A stretch of 64,000 nucleotides of DNA, taken from NCBI GenBank assembly GCA_037137935.1, contig JBAXJI010000001.1:1771-65770 (forward strand), written 5' to 3'. How positions within the stretch are numbered: the stretch's first letter is position 1; every line of letters starts with the position of its first letter. Of the stretch, positions 38,709 to 49,237 are shown piece after piece. The stretch comes from Candidatus Saccharimonadota bacterium (GTDB taxonomy: Bacteria; Patescibacteriota; Saccharimonadia; Saccharimonadales; AQU-01). Under the pieces are notes generated by a model. It did not search any database. It was given only the letters and a program-made list of their open reading frames with translations, and was not told where the DNA came from. A program made the translations under genes and the position numbers.

Positions 38709-39097
38709 CAGTGGTGTTCGATTACGGTGGTGTCATTTACAAAAACCTACATTGGCACAATGACATGTTTAAATTGGCTGGTGATTTGCGCGCTAATGAT
38801 TATAAGACTGCTATTTTGTCGAATATGATAGCTCCCCTGGCCTGGATGGCTAACCGCTTTCCGTCCACCAAAGACTTCTCGCCAGTAGTGATATCGGCAG
38901 ATGTTGGCCACTCTAAACCCAAACCAGAAATCTACCACATACTCTTAGAAAAGATTGGGCTAAATGCTAACGAATGCTTGTTTATAGACGATCGTCCAGA
39001 AAATCTGGCTACAGCAAAAACTATAGGCTTCGAAACTATGCTAGTCAAAAAACCGGCAACAACTGTTAAAGATATTCGCCAACTACTTAGAATATAA
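38709..39097 (+). CDS. HAD-superfamily hydrolase (subfamily IA-like)
   Basis: MIKAVVFDYGGVIY (motif I) and FIDDRPENL (motif IV). The ORF-track start at 38504 overlaps two tRNAs, so ATG at 38709 is preferred. Confidence 0.6.
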
Positions 39098-39101
39098 TTT
39101 A

Positions 39102-39449
39102 TTAAAAGGAACGCTTATTGAGGGGTTTTTGATCGTTTTCTTTTATCGCCTCAGATATTTCGGGATTATCTACGACCAAACTAGCCAATGCTAAGCCCAA
39201 ATTTTCAGCTCTTGCCGCAATAATTGCACCTTTATAAAACTCTACTAACGGATCAGCCTTACCCGGTTCAACCTCAAAAGGGCCATAGACTTCCCCGGCC
39301 AATGAAGCTATCATGTCAAGTTTTCGTAAATCGTCCGCAGGTGTCATGCTTGGAAGGACTTCGGAGCTTAACACGTCGTATTCATACGCAAAATCTCTGG
39401 TTATATCACCAAGACTGTTTGAACCAAACATCTCTTCATTCATACGCAT
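39102..39449 (-). CDS. Hypothetical protein
   Basis: 115-aa ORF. Confidence 0.3.
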   Translation of the reverse strand: MRMNEEMFGSNSLGDITRDFAYEYDVLSSEVLPSMTPADDLRKLDMIASLAGEVYGPFEVEPGKADPLVEFYKGAIIAARAENLGLALASLVVDNPEISEAIKENDQKPLNKRSF

Positions 39450-39577
39450 ATTCTATCATAATATGACATAATATGCAATTGCTTATGTTTGTTAGCGCAA
39501 TACTTACAAATACGGCATAGGGTTTTCACGGTAACTAAATAGCGATATAATGCATTTATACTTAACTGAGGTACCAC

Positions 39578-40864
39578 ATGAAGATTATAGATATTCACGC
39601 ACGACAAATATTAGATAGCCGCGGCAATCCGACCATCGAAGCCGATGTGCGACTTAGCGACGACACCATCGGGCGAGCAGCCGTACCGTCTGGAGCGAGT
39701 ACTGGTAGCCACGAAGCTATCGAATTACGAGATGGCGAATCGGCCTATGGAGGAAAAGGCGTCACAAAAGCAGTCGCCTACATTAATGGCGAAATTAGGT
39801 CTGCCTTGATAGCCGCAGAAGACCTCGACCAAGCCAGCGTAGATAAGATTATGATTGAATTAGACGGCACAAATAACAAGGGTCGATTAGGCGCGAATGC
39901 CGTATTGGCAGTGTCACTTGCCTTCGCTAAAGCTGCCGCACTCAGCCGTAAACAACCACTCTATGTATATGTAGCAGATTTAGCTGGAAATCAAACATTC
40001 ACCCTGCCCTTGCCAATGATGAACATTATAAACGGTGGAGCTCATGCCGCAGGAAGTACAGATATTCAAGAATTTATGATTATGCCGGTGGGCGCTAAAA
40101 GTTTTAGTCACTGTATACAAATTGGTGCCGAAATATTCCACAGTCTAGCCAAAGTTCTAAACAGCCATGGATACTCAACTACTGTTGGCGACGAAGGCGG
40201 CTACGCTCCAGCCGTCAAAAATGGCAACGCTGAAGCATTGGAACTAATTGCAGAGGCCACTAAAAACGCTGGCTACACTCTAGGAACTGATGTCGTTTTG
40301 GCCTTAGATGTAGCGGCTAGTGAACTAATAGAAAACGGCAAATATAACCTAAAGACAGAGGCCAAACAACTTACTAGCGACGACATGATTAACTTCTACC
40401 GAGATATCACTTCTCGCTTCCCTGTTGTTTCGATCGAAGACGGATTAGCCGAAGACGATTGGACAGGCTGGCAGTCATTAACTGAACAACTTGGCGACAA
40501 GATTCAGTTAGTTGGCGATGATTTACTTGTCACTAATACTGATTTTCTAAAGCGTGGAATTACCGAGAAATCGGCCAATGCGATTTTGATAAAAGTTAAT
40601 CAAATTGGCACTCTAACAGAGACAATAAATGCAGTAACAATGGCTCACAAAGCTGGATGGAAAGCAGTAATATCTCATCGTTCTGGTGAAACCGAGGACA
40701 CTACAATCGCCCACCTAGCAGTAGGACTAAATACTGGGCAAATCAAAACTGGCAGTTTGAGTCGAAGTGATAGAGTTGCCAAATACAACGAACTTATGCG
40801 CATCGAAGAAGAACTAGGTGAAGGTGCAGTATTTATGGGCAAGAATGCCTTGGGAGTGCAATAA
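39578..40864 (+). CDS. eno: Enolase
   Basis: 428 aa. [24 protein letters not shown]...[13 protein letters not shown]... canonical enolase. Confidence 0.95.
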   Translation: MKIIDIHARQILDSRGNPTIEADVRLSDDTIGRAAVPSGASTGSHEAIELRDGESAYGGKGVTKAVAYINGEIRSALIAAEDLDQASVDKIMIELDGTNNKGRLGANAVLAVSLAFAKAAALSRKQPLYVYVADLAGNQTFTLPLPMMNIINGGAHAAGSTDIQEFMIMPVGAKSFSHCIQIGAEIFHSLAKVLNSHGYSTTVGDEGGYAPAVKNGNAEALELIAEATKNAGYTLGTDVVLALDVAASELIENGKYNLKTEAKQLTSDDMINFYRDITSRFPVVSIEDGLAEDDWTGWQSLTEQLGDKIQLVGDDLLVTNTDFLKRGITEKSANAILIKVNQIGTLTETINAVTMAHKAGWKAVISHRSGETEDTTIAHLAVGLNTGQIKTGSLSRSDRVAKYNELMRIEEELGEGAVFMGKNALGVQ

Positions 40865-41488
40865 ATGGCCTACTTAGTACTCGTACGACACGGGCAATCC
40901 GAATGGAACGCGCTTGGCCTTTGGACAGGCTGGCACGACACACCGTTAACCGCCAAAGGTCGCGAAGAAGCACGTCAAGCTGCAGAATATTTACAAGACT
41001 TCAAACTACATAAAGCTCACACATCAAACTTAGTTAGAGCTCAACAAACATTAGATGAAATAAAGTCAGAGCTCAACCATCAAAATCTAGAAACTGTGAA
41101 TCACGCCGCTTTAGACGAACGTCATTACGGCGATTATACAGGCAAGAATAAATGGCAGGTCAAAGATGAAATTGGCGAGGTTGAATTCAATAAATTACGC
41201 CGCGAGTGGAATTATCCTGTACCAAATGGTGAAACTTTAAAAGATGTTCATGATCGCGCTATTCCCTACTATCAAGAGCACATCATAAATGACTTAAAGG
41301 ATGGCAAAAACATAATAATCGCTGGGCACGGTAATACTCTGCGAGCACTCATGAAACACCTAGAGGAAGTCGACGACAACGATGTTCACACACTAGAAAT
41401 CGGCACAGGACAAGTGCTTGTTTACGAGATAAATAACGACGGCAAGATGATAAGCAAGCAAATCCGTTCTTCGGGCGGAAAAGCTTAA
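40865..41488 (+). CDS. gpmA: 2,3-bisphosphoglycerate-dependent phosphoglycerate mutase
   Basis: LVRHGQSEWN catalytic His motif. 207 aa. Start codon abuts the eno stop. Confidence 0.85.
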   Translation: MAYLVLVRHGQSEWNALGLWTGWHDTPLTAKGREEARQAAEYLQDFKLHKAHTSNLVRAQQTLDEIKSELNHQNLETVNHAALDERHYGDYTGKNKWQVKDEIGEVEFNKLRREWNYPVPNGETLKDVHDRAIPYYQEHIINDLKDGKNIIIAGHGNTLRALMKHLEEVDDNDVHTLEIGTGQVLVYEINNDGKMISKQIRSSGGKA

Positions 41489-42591
41489 AGCTTGATGTAG
41501 GTTGTGGTTTTTTGCTTTAGGTTTAGATCGCTGATATACGAGTTAATATCTTTTAGTTTGAATACTATATGTGCGGAACGAATTTTATCACCCTGTATTT
41601 CTATGGCTTTAACGATTTCTAAAGAGTAACCGGTATTAACTATGCCGGATATTTGCCCGTTGGATAATTTGAACAACTCATTTGTCAGCTGTGGCGGAAC
41701 ATCACGATTAGATTTATCGATAGCTATGCCATAGTCACCGCCATTGTTTTTTGAGCCTAGGTCGTCTGAGTATTTTGCGGCTACTGCTGCAAAGTCGGCT
41801 CCGGCATTTAATTCTGCCAATGCAGCTTTGGCTCGAGCGTTAGTTGCGACATCAAGTACGGCCACAACTTTTTGTGCTAATAGTTGCTGTTTAAGCTCTC
41901 GTTTAAAGTCCGCTACAGACCAACCAAAGTTGTCTTGAAGAACATCCTGAAAGCCCTTTTCGTTAGCGCCCAATCGATTCTGATTACGAACAAGTGTATA
42001 GAGGTCATTTAGTTCGCGGTCACTTACAGAGACCTTGTTTTTTGCTGCCAGCTGTCTTACTGCCGCGTTATTAATTACTTCCTGAAGAGCTCGACGCTTG
42101 TAATCAGTAATCTGTTGTTTGCCTAGTCCAGCAGTAAAGTCTGTTTTTTGCTGTGTTTCATAGTAGTGAACATAGTGGCGCAAATCGAATAGATAATTCT
42201 CGTAAGATACATAACTACCGCCAACTTTGGCTACTGGAAACGGAATCACCCTAGTCACCCCATAAAGAAAATCAGAAGAAGATTTATGACCATAAAGCTC
42301 AACTAAACTAAAAGTCGTAAAACTAGCTATTGCCAAGACGAATATTATCGTCGAGACCACCACAATCTTGTGCTTGGAGTGTTGCAGAGGTAAAACAAAT
42401 TTACGCGCGCTAGACAACACTTCTTCGCGGTGTTCGGCTACATTCTCGTTAGTCATTCTCAATAAATCACTGACCTGTTCTCGCTTAGATTTGCGACGCA
42501 AGATCTTAGACTTAAATTTTTTGGCTAGAGGCTTAATCTTCTTCGGTAATATCTTCATCGTCAATTTTTCCCTTAAACGCTGGCAATGCAC
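41485..42591 (-). CDS. Parvulin-type peptidyl-prolyl cis-trans isomerase (PrsA/SurA-like) with N-terminal membrane anchor
   Basis: FAAVAAKYSDDLGSKNNGGDYGI PpiC-type rotamase motif. N-terminal TM. SurA-N-like helical region. Confidence 0.65.
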   Translation of the reverse strand: MHCQRLREKLTMKILPKKIKPLAKKFKSKILRRKSKREQVSDLLRMTNENVAEHREEVLSSARKFVLPLQHSKHKIVVVSTIIFVLAIASFTTFSLVELYGHKSSSDFLYGVTRVIPFPVAKVGGSYVSYENYLFDLRHYVHYYETQQKTDFTAGLGKQQITDYKRRALQEVINNAAVRQLAAKNKVSVSDRELNDLYTLVRNQNRLGANEKGFQDVLQDNFGWSVADFKRELKQQLLAQKVVAVLDVATNARAKAALAELNAGADFAAVAAKYSDDLGSKNNGGDYGIAIDKSNRDVPPQLTNELFKLSNGQISGIVNTGYSLEIVKAIEIQGDKIRSAHIVFKLKDINSYISDLNLKQKTTTYIKL

Positions 42592-43102
42592 TGGTAGTTA
42601 TGCCCTTATCGCGCAATATCTTTAAAATTTTCTTGGATATCTCGGCAGGATGATGAACATCGTGTATAACCAAGTCGCCGACATAAGTCTGCATCATTAT
42701 TGTACCAAATCCCAGCAATGTTTCCTGAAATCCGGCTATCTGATAGTTGACCATTTGAATCTGAGCTAGCGTCAAATCAACTACTGTACGATGAAAAAGG
42801 CCTTTTTGGGTAATCTGGATAAGCCGTTGGTCTGTAACGATAAAGACGCTGTAATACCAGGCTACCCATGCAGGAAAGAATATTATAATTCCGAGCAATA
42901 GACCGCCCAATAAACCACCAAAAAAATAAATATATTCGGGCTTAATAAGTGAAGGCAGAGTACCAACTAGCAGAGCTAACATGCCAAATATTAGACCCTT
43001 TCGCATGACTATCGGGTGCTTGCGAAACAAGAATAATACTTCTTCGTCGTCGAACTGGTCTTCGAAATGTTTAGGTGCGGTATTTTTGTCTTTCTTTGCC
43101 AT
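42533..43102 (-). CDS. Membrane protein with bacterial PH (bPH_2/YdbS-like) domain
   Basis: 189 aa. Two TM helices followed by a region resembling bPH_2. Confidence 0.4.
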   Translation of the reverse strand: MAKKDKNTAPKHFEDQFDDEEVLFLFRKHPIVMRKGLIFGMLALLVGTLPSLIKPEYIYFFGGLLGGLLLGIIIFFPAWVAWYYSVFIVTDQRLIQITQKGLFHRTVVDLTLAQIQMVNYQIAGFQETLLGFGTIMMQTYVGDLVIHDVHHPAEISKKILKILRDKGITTSALPAFKGKIDDEDITEED

Positions 43103-43290
43103 ATTAGTTCTATTTTAACACTTTAATTCTTATTAGCCTTAAACCTGTCTTTGGTGCCCCCACCAGGAGTATTGCTTCGAGCCTTGGCGTAAAATACGCC
43201 TAGGTCTCTTCATATAGCCGTCCAGTAAAGAAAATTACTTTACTGTTCCGTTATCGAACTAGAGCTTCTCCTTCTTTAGGCCAGCAATTT

Positions 43291-43365
43291 TGGTGCCTCC
43301 GAGAGGATTCGAACCTCTAGCTTCTCCTTAGGACGGAGTTATTTTATCCATTGAACTACGGAGAC
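43291..43365 (-). tRNA. tRNA-Arg (anticodon CCT), CCA encoded
   Basis: The reverse complement is GTCTCCG TA GTTC-AATGGATAAAAT-AAC...CTCC-GTCCTAA-GGAG...AGAGG-TTCGAAT-CCTCT CGGAGGC A CCA. The D-stem is weak. Confidence 0.65.
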
Positions 43366-43370
43366 AAAAT

Positions 43371-43415
43371 TTGCTGGCGGACGGAGCTATTTTATCCATT
43401 GAACTATGGGGGCCT
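43371..43415 (-). pseudogene. tRNA 5'-half fragment (pseudo-tRNA) immediately upstream of tRNA-Arg
   Basis: The reverse complement GGCCCCCATAGTTCAATGGATAAAATAGCTCCGTCC parallels the first about 35 nt of the adjacent tRNA-Arg (different acceptor strand) but lacks a matching 3' half. Confidence 0.4.
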
Positions 43416-43451
43416 AACCCCTATATTCTACCACTTAACGGGGCTAGAGGC

Positions 43452-43964
43452 CTACTTCTTACGAGCTTTTGCCTGAGTGTAGACTTCGTGAACAGTTTGA
43501 TAGTCGAATAATTCATTATCGTTAAACCAGTGTTTGATCTCGGCAGCTGCCTCTGTTTCGTCACCTGAAGCATGCAAGATATTTGGTATGCCAATCCCCT
43601 CTTTGTCGGCGTGTCCATAACTCATATGAGCATAGTCACCTCTTATAGTACCCGGTAGTGCCGACTTAGGCTCAGTAGTACCAATCATCTTGCGGACAAG
43701 ACTGACAGCCTCAACACCTTCAAGCACCATAGCAATAACAGGGCTTTCCTGCATCATACCAAGCGTAACGTCAAAAACCTTCTGACCACGACGAGACACA
43801 AGGTTACTGATACCTTCATAGTGATGATGAAAATGAGCTTCATCAGGTCGAACCATCTTAGAACCAACTACTTTAAGCCCTACTTTCTCAAAACGACTTA
43901 GTATTTCTCCGACTAATCCGCGCTTTATTGAGTCTGGTTTGAATATAATAAGTGTTCGTTCCAT
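43452..43964 (-). CDS. ndk: Nucleoside diphosphate kinase
   Basis: MERTLIIFKPDSIKRGLVGEILSRFE... and active-site NILHASGD (His). 170 aa. Confidence 0.9.
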   Translation of the reverse strand: MERTLIIFKPDSIKRGLVGEILSRFEKVGLKVVGSKMVRPDEAHFHHHYEGISNLVSRRGQKVFDVTLGMMQESPVIAMVLEGVEAVSLVRKMIGTTEPKSALPGTIRGDYAHMSYGHADKEGIGIPNILHASGDETEAAAEIKHWFNDNELFDYQTVHEVYTQAKARKK

Positions 43965-44054
43965 AGATTCCTTTGTGATTAAGATAAGTCTATTTTAACA
44001 GATGAAGCGGCAAAGTTCTAACCTTTTAAATCTCCTACCCTCTATGATGCAGCG

Positions 44055-44097
44055 AGCTCCTAGACATTGCAAGGTCTCACCTTGCAACAAGGTGAGA
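44055..44097. repeat. 15-bp perfect palindrome of the CCTTGCAAGG family
   Basis: ttgcaaggtctcaccttg-caa-caaggtgagaccttgga. Confidence 0.6.
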
Positions 44098-44191
44098 CCT
44101 TGGAGTGCCTTGCGGTAAAAAGTATTTTTTGCTGTTATGTGGCTATCACTTTGGTTTGTGTCGTACAATAAGGTTATGTTAATGAGTAAAT

Positions 44192-45109
44192 GTGATGTTA
44201 TTTAGCAAAGCAAAGACTGATTATTTGGAATATCTTGAGATTGAGCAAAATCGATCCCAGAAGACTATAGCCAATTATGATCATTATCTGACACGCTTAA
44301 TAGATTTTGCCGGAGAGATAAAAATAAGTGAAATCGATGCTGAACTTATTCGTAAATGGCGTCTCTGGCTAAATAGACTCGGCACCAACACCTCTGACGA
44401 ATTACAAAAATCGACACAGAACTATCATCTTATAGCTTTAAGAAGTTTTTTGAAGTACTGCGCTAAGCGTGACATCCCTGCCCTTACGGCTGACAAAATC
44501 GAACTCGCCCGAACCGTCCGTAAACAAGTAACATTCTTGAACGAAGACGAGCTAGACCGTCTATTTGCCCAACCCGATATCAGCAAGTTGTCTGGCATTC
44601 GTGATCGAGCAATCCTAGAGCTACTCTTTAGTAGTGGTCTGCGCGTATCGGAGCTTGTTGGGCTCGACAAAGACCATATCAACCTGAAGCGACGCGAGTT
44701 TATGGTTAGAGGTAAGGGCCAGAAAGATCGTCCTATCTTTATTAGTCCAGCAGCCGCTAAGTGGCTAAGCCACTACTTAGAAAAACGCGAAGATAATGTT
44801 AAGCCGCTATTCGTCCGTTATAGTGGCAGCAAAAAAGTTGACCTATCTGGCGACTTTCACAGATTGACTGCGCGTAGTGTCCAACGATTAGTCGCCCGTT
44901 ACGCCCTGCTAGCCGGAATAACCAAACATGTCAGCCCACACACACTCAGACACAGCTTTGCTACCGACCTAATCATGAACGGCGGTGATTTACGCGCCGT
45001 ACAAGCCATGCTAGGCCACAGCAATATCGCCACAACGCAAATCTACACCCACGTTACCGACCCTCACCTTCGTGCTATCCACGAAAAGTTTCACCGCAAA
45101 GACAACTAG
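44192..45109 (+). CDS. xerC: Tyrosine site-specific recombinase, XerC/XerD family
   Basis: N-terminal SAM-like core-binding domain (YLEYLEIEQNRSQKTIANYDHYL). The catalytic C-terminus has R...HxxR...Y (LRHSFATDLIMNGGDLRAVQAMLGHSNIATTQIYTHV). Confidence 0.8.
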   Translation: MMLFSKAKTDYLEYLEIEQNRSQKTIANYDHYLTRLIDFAGEIKISEIDAELIRKWRLWLNRLGTNTSDELQKSTQNYHLIALRSFLKYCAKRDIPALTADKIELARTVRKQVTFLNEDELDRLFAQPDISKLSGIRDRAILELLFSSGLRVSELVGLDKDHINLKRREFMVRGKGQKDRPIFISPAAAKWLSHYLEKREDNVKPLFVRYSGSKKVDLSGDFHRLTARSVQRLVARYALLAGITKHVSPHTLRHSFATDLIMNGGDLRAVQAMLGHSNIATTQIYTHVTDPHLRAIHEKFHRKDN

Positions 45110-46227
45110 TTAATACCCTTCGCATTGCCACTGCCGCTCAAACAATCAGTATCAATAGCTCCAATAGCATTGATTTTGATCTTCTTGCAAATCTCTGTAG
45201 CTGAATCAATCGAAAAGCTAGGTGTTAGATTTTTGAGGGTGAACGATCTTCTGGCACTAATACGCTTTGTGATGCCGCCAACCTTAGTAGTAACATCTAT
45301 AACTGTCTGAGATTCACTCAAGGAAATACTACTACTCGTAGAATCCTGAGCAATTATAGATACTGTGGCGGCAGAATATATAGGACGAACCCTGACATAG
45401 AAATCTTTGCCCGGCACAACATACATTGTGGCTCGACAAAATTTAGGAGAATTACTTGCCGAACATTTACCGCTAACAATCTCGCCCTTAGAGTCTCCGC
45501 CTTCCACACTATAACCAGTACCGGTGCCATCAGTCGGATACAAATAAAAAGCCTGACTGCTATCAAGCAAGGATTGGGCAGTATTACTCGCCCCCCAAGG
45601 CACTATATCTACCTTTAACACTGGCGGATATGAACTAGACCATTCGGCTAGCTTAGTAAAGCCAGAACCCACTGGAGGTGTGGATGTCGCGGGATTTGTG
45701 CCGTCCCAGCCAACCTCAATTCGTGAGATATCAGTAGCCCCCCTTGTGATAATGTGGATACTCTGTGAATTATCCTTCTCAACAGAATCATAGACTAATG
45801 AATTCTCATCTCGATTTATCAATAAGCAAGTTACGGCCCCTGAACTAATTCCGGTCGGCAATACTATAGGGGGGAAGGCATTTTTCATTTTATATATAGA
45901 GCTGTCTGGCCCAGAACATTTGTTTCCCGAGATACTAGCGACAGTATATGCATTATTGTCTACCGCAGAAATAATAGTGTTTATGGTGGCCTCTCCTGTG
46001 TAGTAAGCCTGGCTATTGAGTTGACGATCTATAGTTTGACGCTGCTCCCGGTTAATGACTTGCGAGTAGGTCATAACTATAATGGTTATTAAAACCATCG
46101 TTATAAGAGTGACTATTATAGACACTATACCCTTTTGATTACTATGTATTTTTGAGCGCTTAGGCATAATCCTTATAGTCATTATAGTCGATTCTGAACT
46201 ATTGTAGTTAATTCGGATACTGCACAA
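45106..46227 (-). CDS. Pilus-associated protein / putative minor pilin (distal gene of T4P operon)
   Basis: 373 aa. N-terminal hydrophobic helix. Lies with three prepilin-like genes. Confidence 0.35.
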   Translation of the reverse strand: MCSIRINYNSSESTIMTIRIMPKRSKIHSNQKGIVSIIVTLITMVLITIIVMTYSQVINREQRQTIDRQLNSQAYYTGEATINTIISAVDNNAYTVASISGNKCSGPDSSIYKMKNAFPPIVLPTGISSGAVTCLLINRDENSLVYDSVEKDNSQSIHIITRGATDISRIEVGWDGTNPATSTPPVGSGFTKLAEWSSSYPPVLKVDIVPWGASNTAQSLLDSSQAFYLYPTDGTGTGYSVEGGDSKGEIVSGKCSASNSPKFCRATMYVVPGKDFYVRVRPIYSAATVSIIAQDSTSSSISLSESQTVIDVTTKVGGITKRISARRSFTLKNLTPSFSIDSATEICKKIKINAIGAIDTDCLSGSGNAKGIN

Positions 46228-46853
46228 AATTCAGTACCGACATTTTTGCCGTCACGACAACGAATATCACCCTTGAGCGGAGCGAGCCCCGCGGTAATAA
46301 CAGATGAAGTGCTAGTACAGTCACCAACTATACTTGGACTACACAACAAGACTGCCTCACCATAAACTAGCCTAACTTTTACTTCATAAACTCCTAATAC
46401 CTGCGTAACAGACAGTGCGACTAAACGTGCGCCTGGTGGAACTAGCTCTCGTTGAGACGCATAATCAAATGAGGTGAGGTCAGCTGGCCCCGTACATGCT
46501 GAAGGGCTGTCTCTAACTAAGACATGCGAAACCTTATCCCCTCCAGCCGTCACTTCTGCCGTCTTGTCAGTTAATCGCTTGCCCAAAACATATGTATATC
46601 GAGCTTCACCAGTACAAAAATAATTTGCTCCAGCAGCAACTCCGCCACTGCCAAACCTTACAGAACCCGTAATCTCTGCACTTATTTCGCGCACAGCTTC
46701 TTGAGTTCTTGTCTGTAGAATACCCTTATAATACATACGTCCGATTCGAATCGTCATAGTCGATACTATAGTCAAAAAAACAGACATAATCGTCGTAGCA
46801 ATCAATAACTCTATGAGTGTAAAGCCGCTTTGATGTTCGTTATATTTTTTCAT
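46182..46853 (-). CDS. Prepilin-type N-terminal cleavage/methylation domain protein (minor pilin)
   Basis: N-terminus MKKYNEHQSG|FTLIELLIATTIMSV is a class III signal (G/FTLIE). Confidence 0.7.
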   Translation of the reverse strand: MKKYNEHQSGFTLIELLIATTIMSVFLTIVSTMTIRIGRMYYKGILQTRTQEAVREISAEITGSVRFGSGGVAAGANYFCTGEARYTYVLGKRLTDKTAEVTAGGDKVSHVLVRDSPSACTGPADLTSFDYASQRELVPPGARLVALSVTQVLGVYEVKVRLVYGEAVLLCSPSIVGDCTSTSSVITAGLAPLKGDIRCRDGKNVGTEFCAVSELTTIVQNRL

Positions 46854-46856
46854 AAT

Positions 46857-47342
46857 TTAATACACAGAGTAGTTCAGGACTACCTCCCCTTTGCCGTTTC
46901 CTCCGGCTTGCCACCATCTAACACGAATTACAAAATCCTTGCTACCTCCGCTTGATCTATTAATAAGCGTGTAGTAAGTAGTATTACTGTTAGTGATGCA
47001 TTTTAGTGGGTAATTCGTTAGAGTGTCGCTATTAAAAGAAGTAGGAGGAAGTGGGTTGACAAAATTAACCACCTCAACAGTGGGCGGATCGGCTATGCTA
47101 TCAACTTTTAAGCAAAAATTAGTAGCAGATGTTGCTGTGAATCCTATGATGGACGAAAAAGCTCTTAGCTCGTCGGCCTGCGACTCTGCCACCTTAAGTG
47201 CCCCCGCTCTCTCCTGTGACCTATAAACACTCGTTAGATTACTTACGACCGTCCTATATGCCATTGTTAAGATCATACTGGTAATTGTCAGCGAAAACAT
47301 GACCTCTATAAGCGTATCTCCGTAATTATCAAGCTTTTTCAT
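46857..47342 (-). CDS. Prepilin-like minor pilin
   Basis: N-terminus ...GDTLIEVMFSLTITSMIL is a degenerate prepilin motif. Confidence 0.55.
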   Translation of the reverse strand: MKKLDNYGDTLIEVMFSLTITSMILTMAYRTVVSNLTSVYRSQERAGALKVAESQADELRAFSSIIGFTATSATNFCLKVDSIADPPTVEVVNFVNPLPPTSFNSDTLTNYPLKCITNSNTTYYTLINRSSGGSKDFVIRVRWWQAGGNGKGEVVLNYSVY

Positions 47343-48214
47343 AGACAGGCCCCATCTGCAAACTGAACCGTAACACTTGACTGACGACCATTGCCACCGA
47401 TAGTAACATATGCGTGTCTATCTGGTCCTGTTTCTGAATTTTCTAAACAAATCTTAATTCCACTGCTTGGATTTTTAGTCGAATCTCTGCCTGAAGAAGC
47501 GTCCAACGTCTTGCGCCACTCGCCATAAGGAAAAAGACTCGTAGTACCAGTCCCAAAAGGGTCCCATATAATTGGCTCCGCAGGGATTATGTCGGTTTGA
47601 GCATCGCCAGACACTAAACTAGCGCCTGAAGAATTAGCGAAGGTCGTGGTAAACCCCAGACCATTAAGTGGTGTATACGCCCCGCTCAAATTAATATAAG
47701 AAACACTGTGCACAACAACACCATAGGACAGTCTTTCAGATATACTACCAAGATTATTGACATCAATGATTGGCCAAGTTTGAGCCTCGTAAAGGCTTTT
47801 TGCAGGTCTTTTAACTCCACTAATGTCAGTATCTTTCTTTCCGACCAATGCAAAAACATCATAACGGGGACTCCCTTCAGTGAACTGCATTCCTATGCCA
47901 ACAAATAGACACCCCTCGCTAGTGCCGCGTCTGTCTGAAGCTGTTGGCGGAGCGTAATCAATAATCACAGCGTTCGCAGCAGTGCCGTCATGGGTACAAA
48001 CGTAGTTCGTGCTAGTTGGATTATTTCCGGTAGCAACGTCATTAGCTATATCCATAAGTCGGGACTGAAAGGCGTTTACAGATTGAACAAACTCCGTTTT
48101 TGATTGCTGTCCATTAATAATGGTTGCGAGCATTCCGAACAAACCCATTGAAATAGATAGCGTAAGCATTACTTCAATTAAGGTAAACGCTCGTGAATTT
48201 AACCCTGTTCTCAT
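47339..48214 (-). CDS. Prepilin-like minor pilin
   Basis: N-terminus ...RAFTLIEVMLTLSISMGLF. Confidence 0.6.
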   Translation of the reverse strand: MRTGLNSRAFTLIEVMLTLSISMGLFGMLATIINGQQSKTEFVQSVNAFQSRLMDIANDVATGNNPTSTNYVCTHDGTAANAVIIDYAPPTASDRRGTSEGCLFVGIGMQFTEGSPRYDVFALVGKKDTDISGVKRPAKSLYEAQTWPIIDVNNLGSISERLSYGVVVHSVSYINLSGAYTPLNGLGFTTTFANSSGASLVSGDAQTDIIPAEPIIWDPFGTGTTSLFPYGEWRKTLDASSGRDSTKNPSSGIKICLENSETGPDRHAYVTIGGNGRQSSVTVQFADGACL

Positions 48215-48285
48215 CTATTAAATTATAGCATAACCACGATCACCTAAATCAGTCACGACCTGCTATATTATCTTGCCGATAATAG

Positions 48286-49182
48286 CTAACCTATCATTAG
48301 TAGCTTTTTATACCAGGCAATAATGCTAGAACCGAACAAATATACAATAATCGTAGCAGCAATTAGAAAAGGACCAAACGGTATCTTACTACCCCTATTA
48401 GCCTTCCCTGTGATCAACAAAGGCAACGAGAACAGTGAGCCAAGGCAGGATGCCATAAAAAGAAGTAAAAGTGCTGGCCAAGGACCACCAACAAGCAAGC
48501 CCAGCACAGCACCGAGCTTAACGTCCCCGCCACCTATCAACTCTTTTCCAGGTACATGAAATAACACAAAAAATATGCCTCCACCTATAAGCAAACCATA
48601 TACAGCGCCAAGAATAGCACTGACGCCCCCGTGATAAATTGTACCCATAATAAAAACATGAACCAGTGATAAAAAGAATAAAGGTACAACTATGCGGTTC
48701 GGCAGCAGCAACCATCTAATGTCATAAATTACAAGCGCAACAAAACTAACAACAAAAATTAACCAAATCACAAACAACAAGACGCTACTATAATTCCAAG
48801 CAAGAGGCCAATATATATAAGAAATGACAAATAGTAAGGGAGTGACGATCTCAGTGACGGGCGTATCCTCGTAAGTAGCGTGACAATACCGGCATTTACC
48901 TCGTAGCTGCAACCAACTTAATATGGGTATTAAATCAATAGCTGATAATTGGTGTCTACAATTAGGACACATAGATCGACCACTGACAATGGACATTTCT
49001 TTTGATTTAACACTGGATGGCGAATATTTTAGAGAACTGGTAGATTTGTGTTTCTTGAAACTGCTAGTATAGACAGTATTTTGCTGCTCATGTATACGCC
49101 AAACCAAGGCATTAATAAAGCTGCCGAAACATATCCCAGTAATTAAAAGATAAACCATAATCATGTTAACCCATAATACCAT
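48286..49182 (-). CDS. pilD: Prepilin peptidase (peptidase A24)
   Basis: Zn-binding CPNC...CRYC. Polytopic membrane protein. Catalytic GGGDVKLGAVLGLLVG motif. Confidence 0.8.
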   Translation of the reverse strand: MVLWVNMIMVYLLITGICFGSFINALVWRIHEQQNTVYTSSFKKHKSTSSLKYSPSSVKSKEMSIVSGRSMCPNCRHQLSAIDLIPILSWLQLRGKCRYCHATYEDTPVTEIVTPLLFVISYIYWPLAWNYSSVLLFVIWLIFVVSFVALVIYDIRWLLLPNRIVVPLFFLSLVHVFIMGTIYHGGVSAILGAVYGLLIGGGIFFVLFHVPGKELIGGGDVKLGAVLGLLVGGPWPALLLLFMASCLGSLFSLPLLITGKANRGSKIPFGPFLIAATIIVYLFGSSIIAWYKKLLMIG

Positions 49183-49237
49183 GTAGCCAATAAAAAAACG
49201 GGGCGAAGTGCCCCGTTTTAATAATTACAGATTTATA

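Noticed and set aside
44192-45109. Xer-like recombinase as the integrase of the tRNA-Asp cassette array
   Set aside because: It sits 6 kb from the array, beyond tRNAs and housekeeping genes. It has the typical XerC/D architecture, expected once per genome for chromosome dimer resolution. A role in the array cannot be excluded but is not supported.
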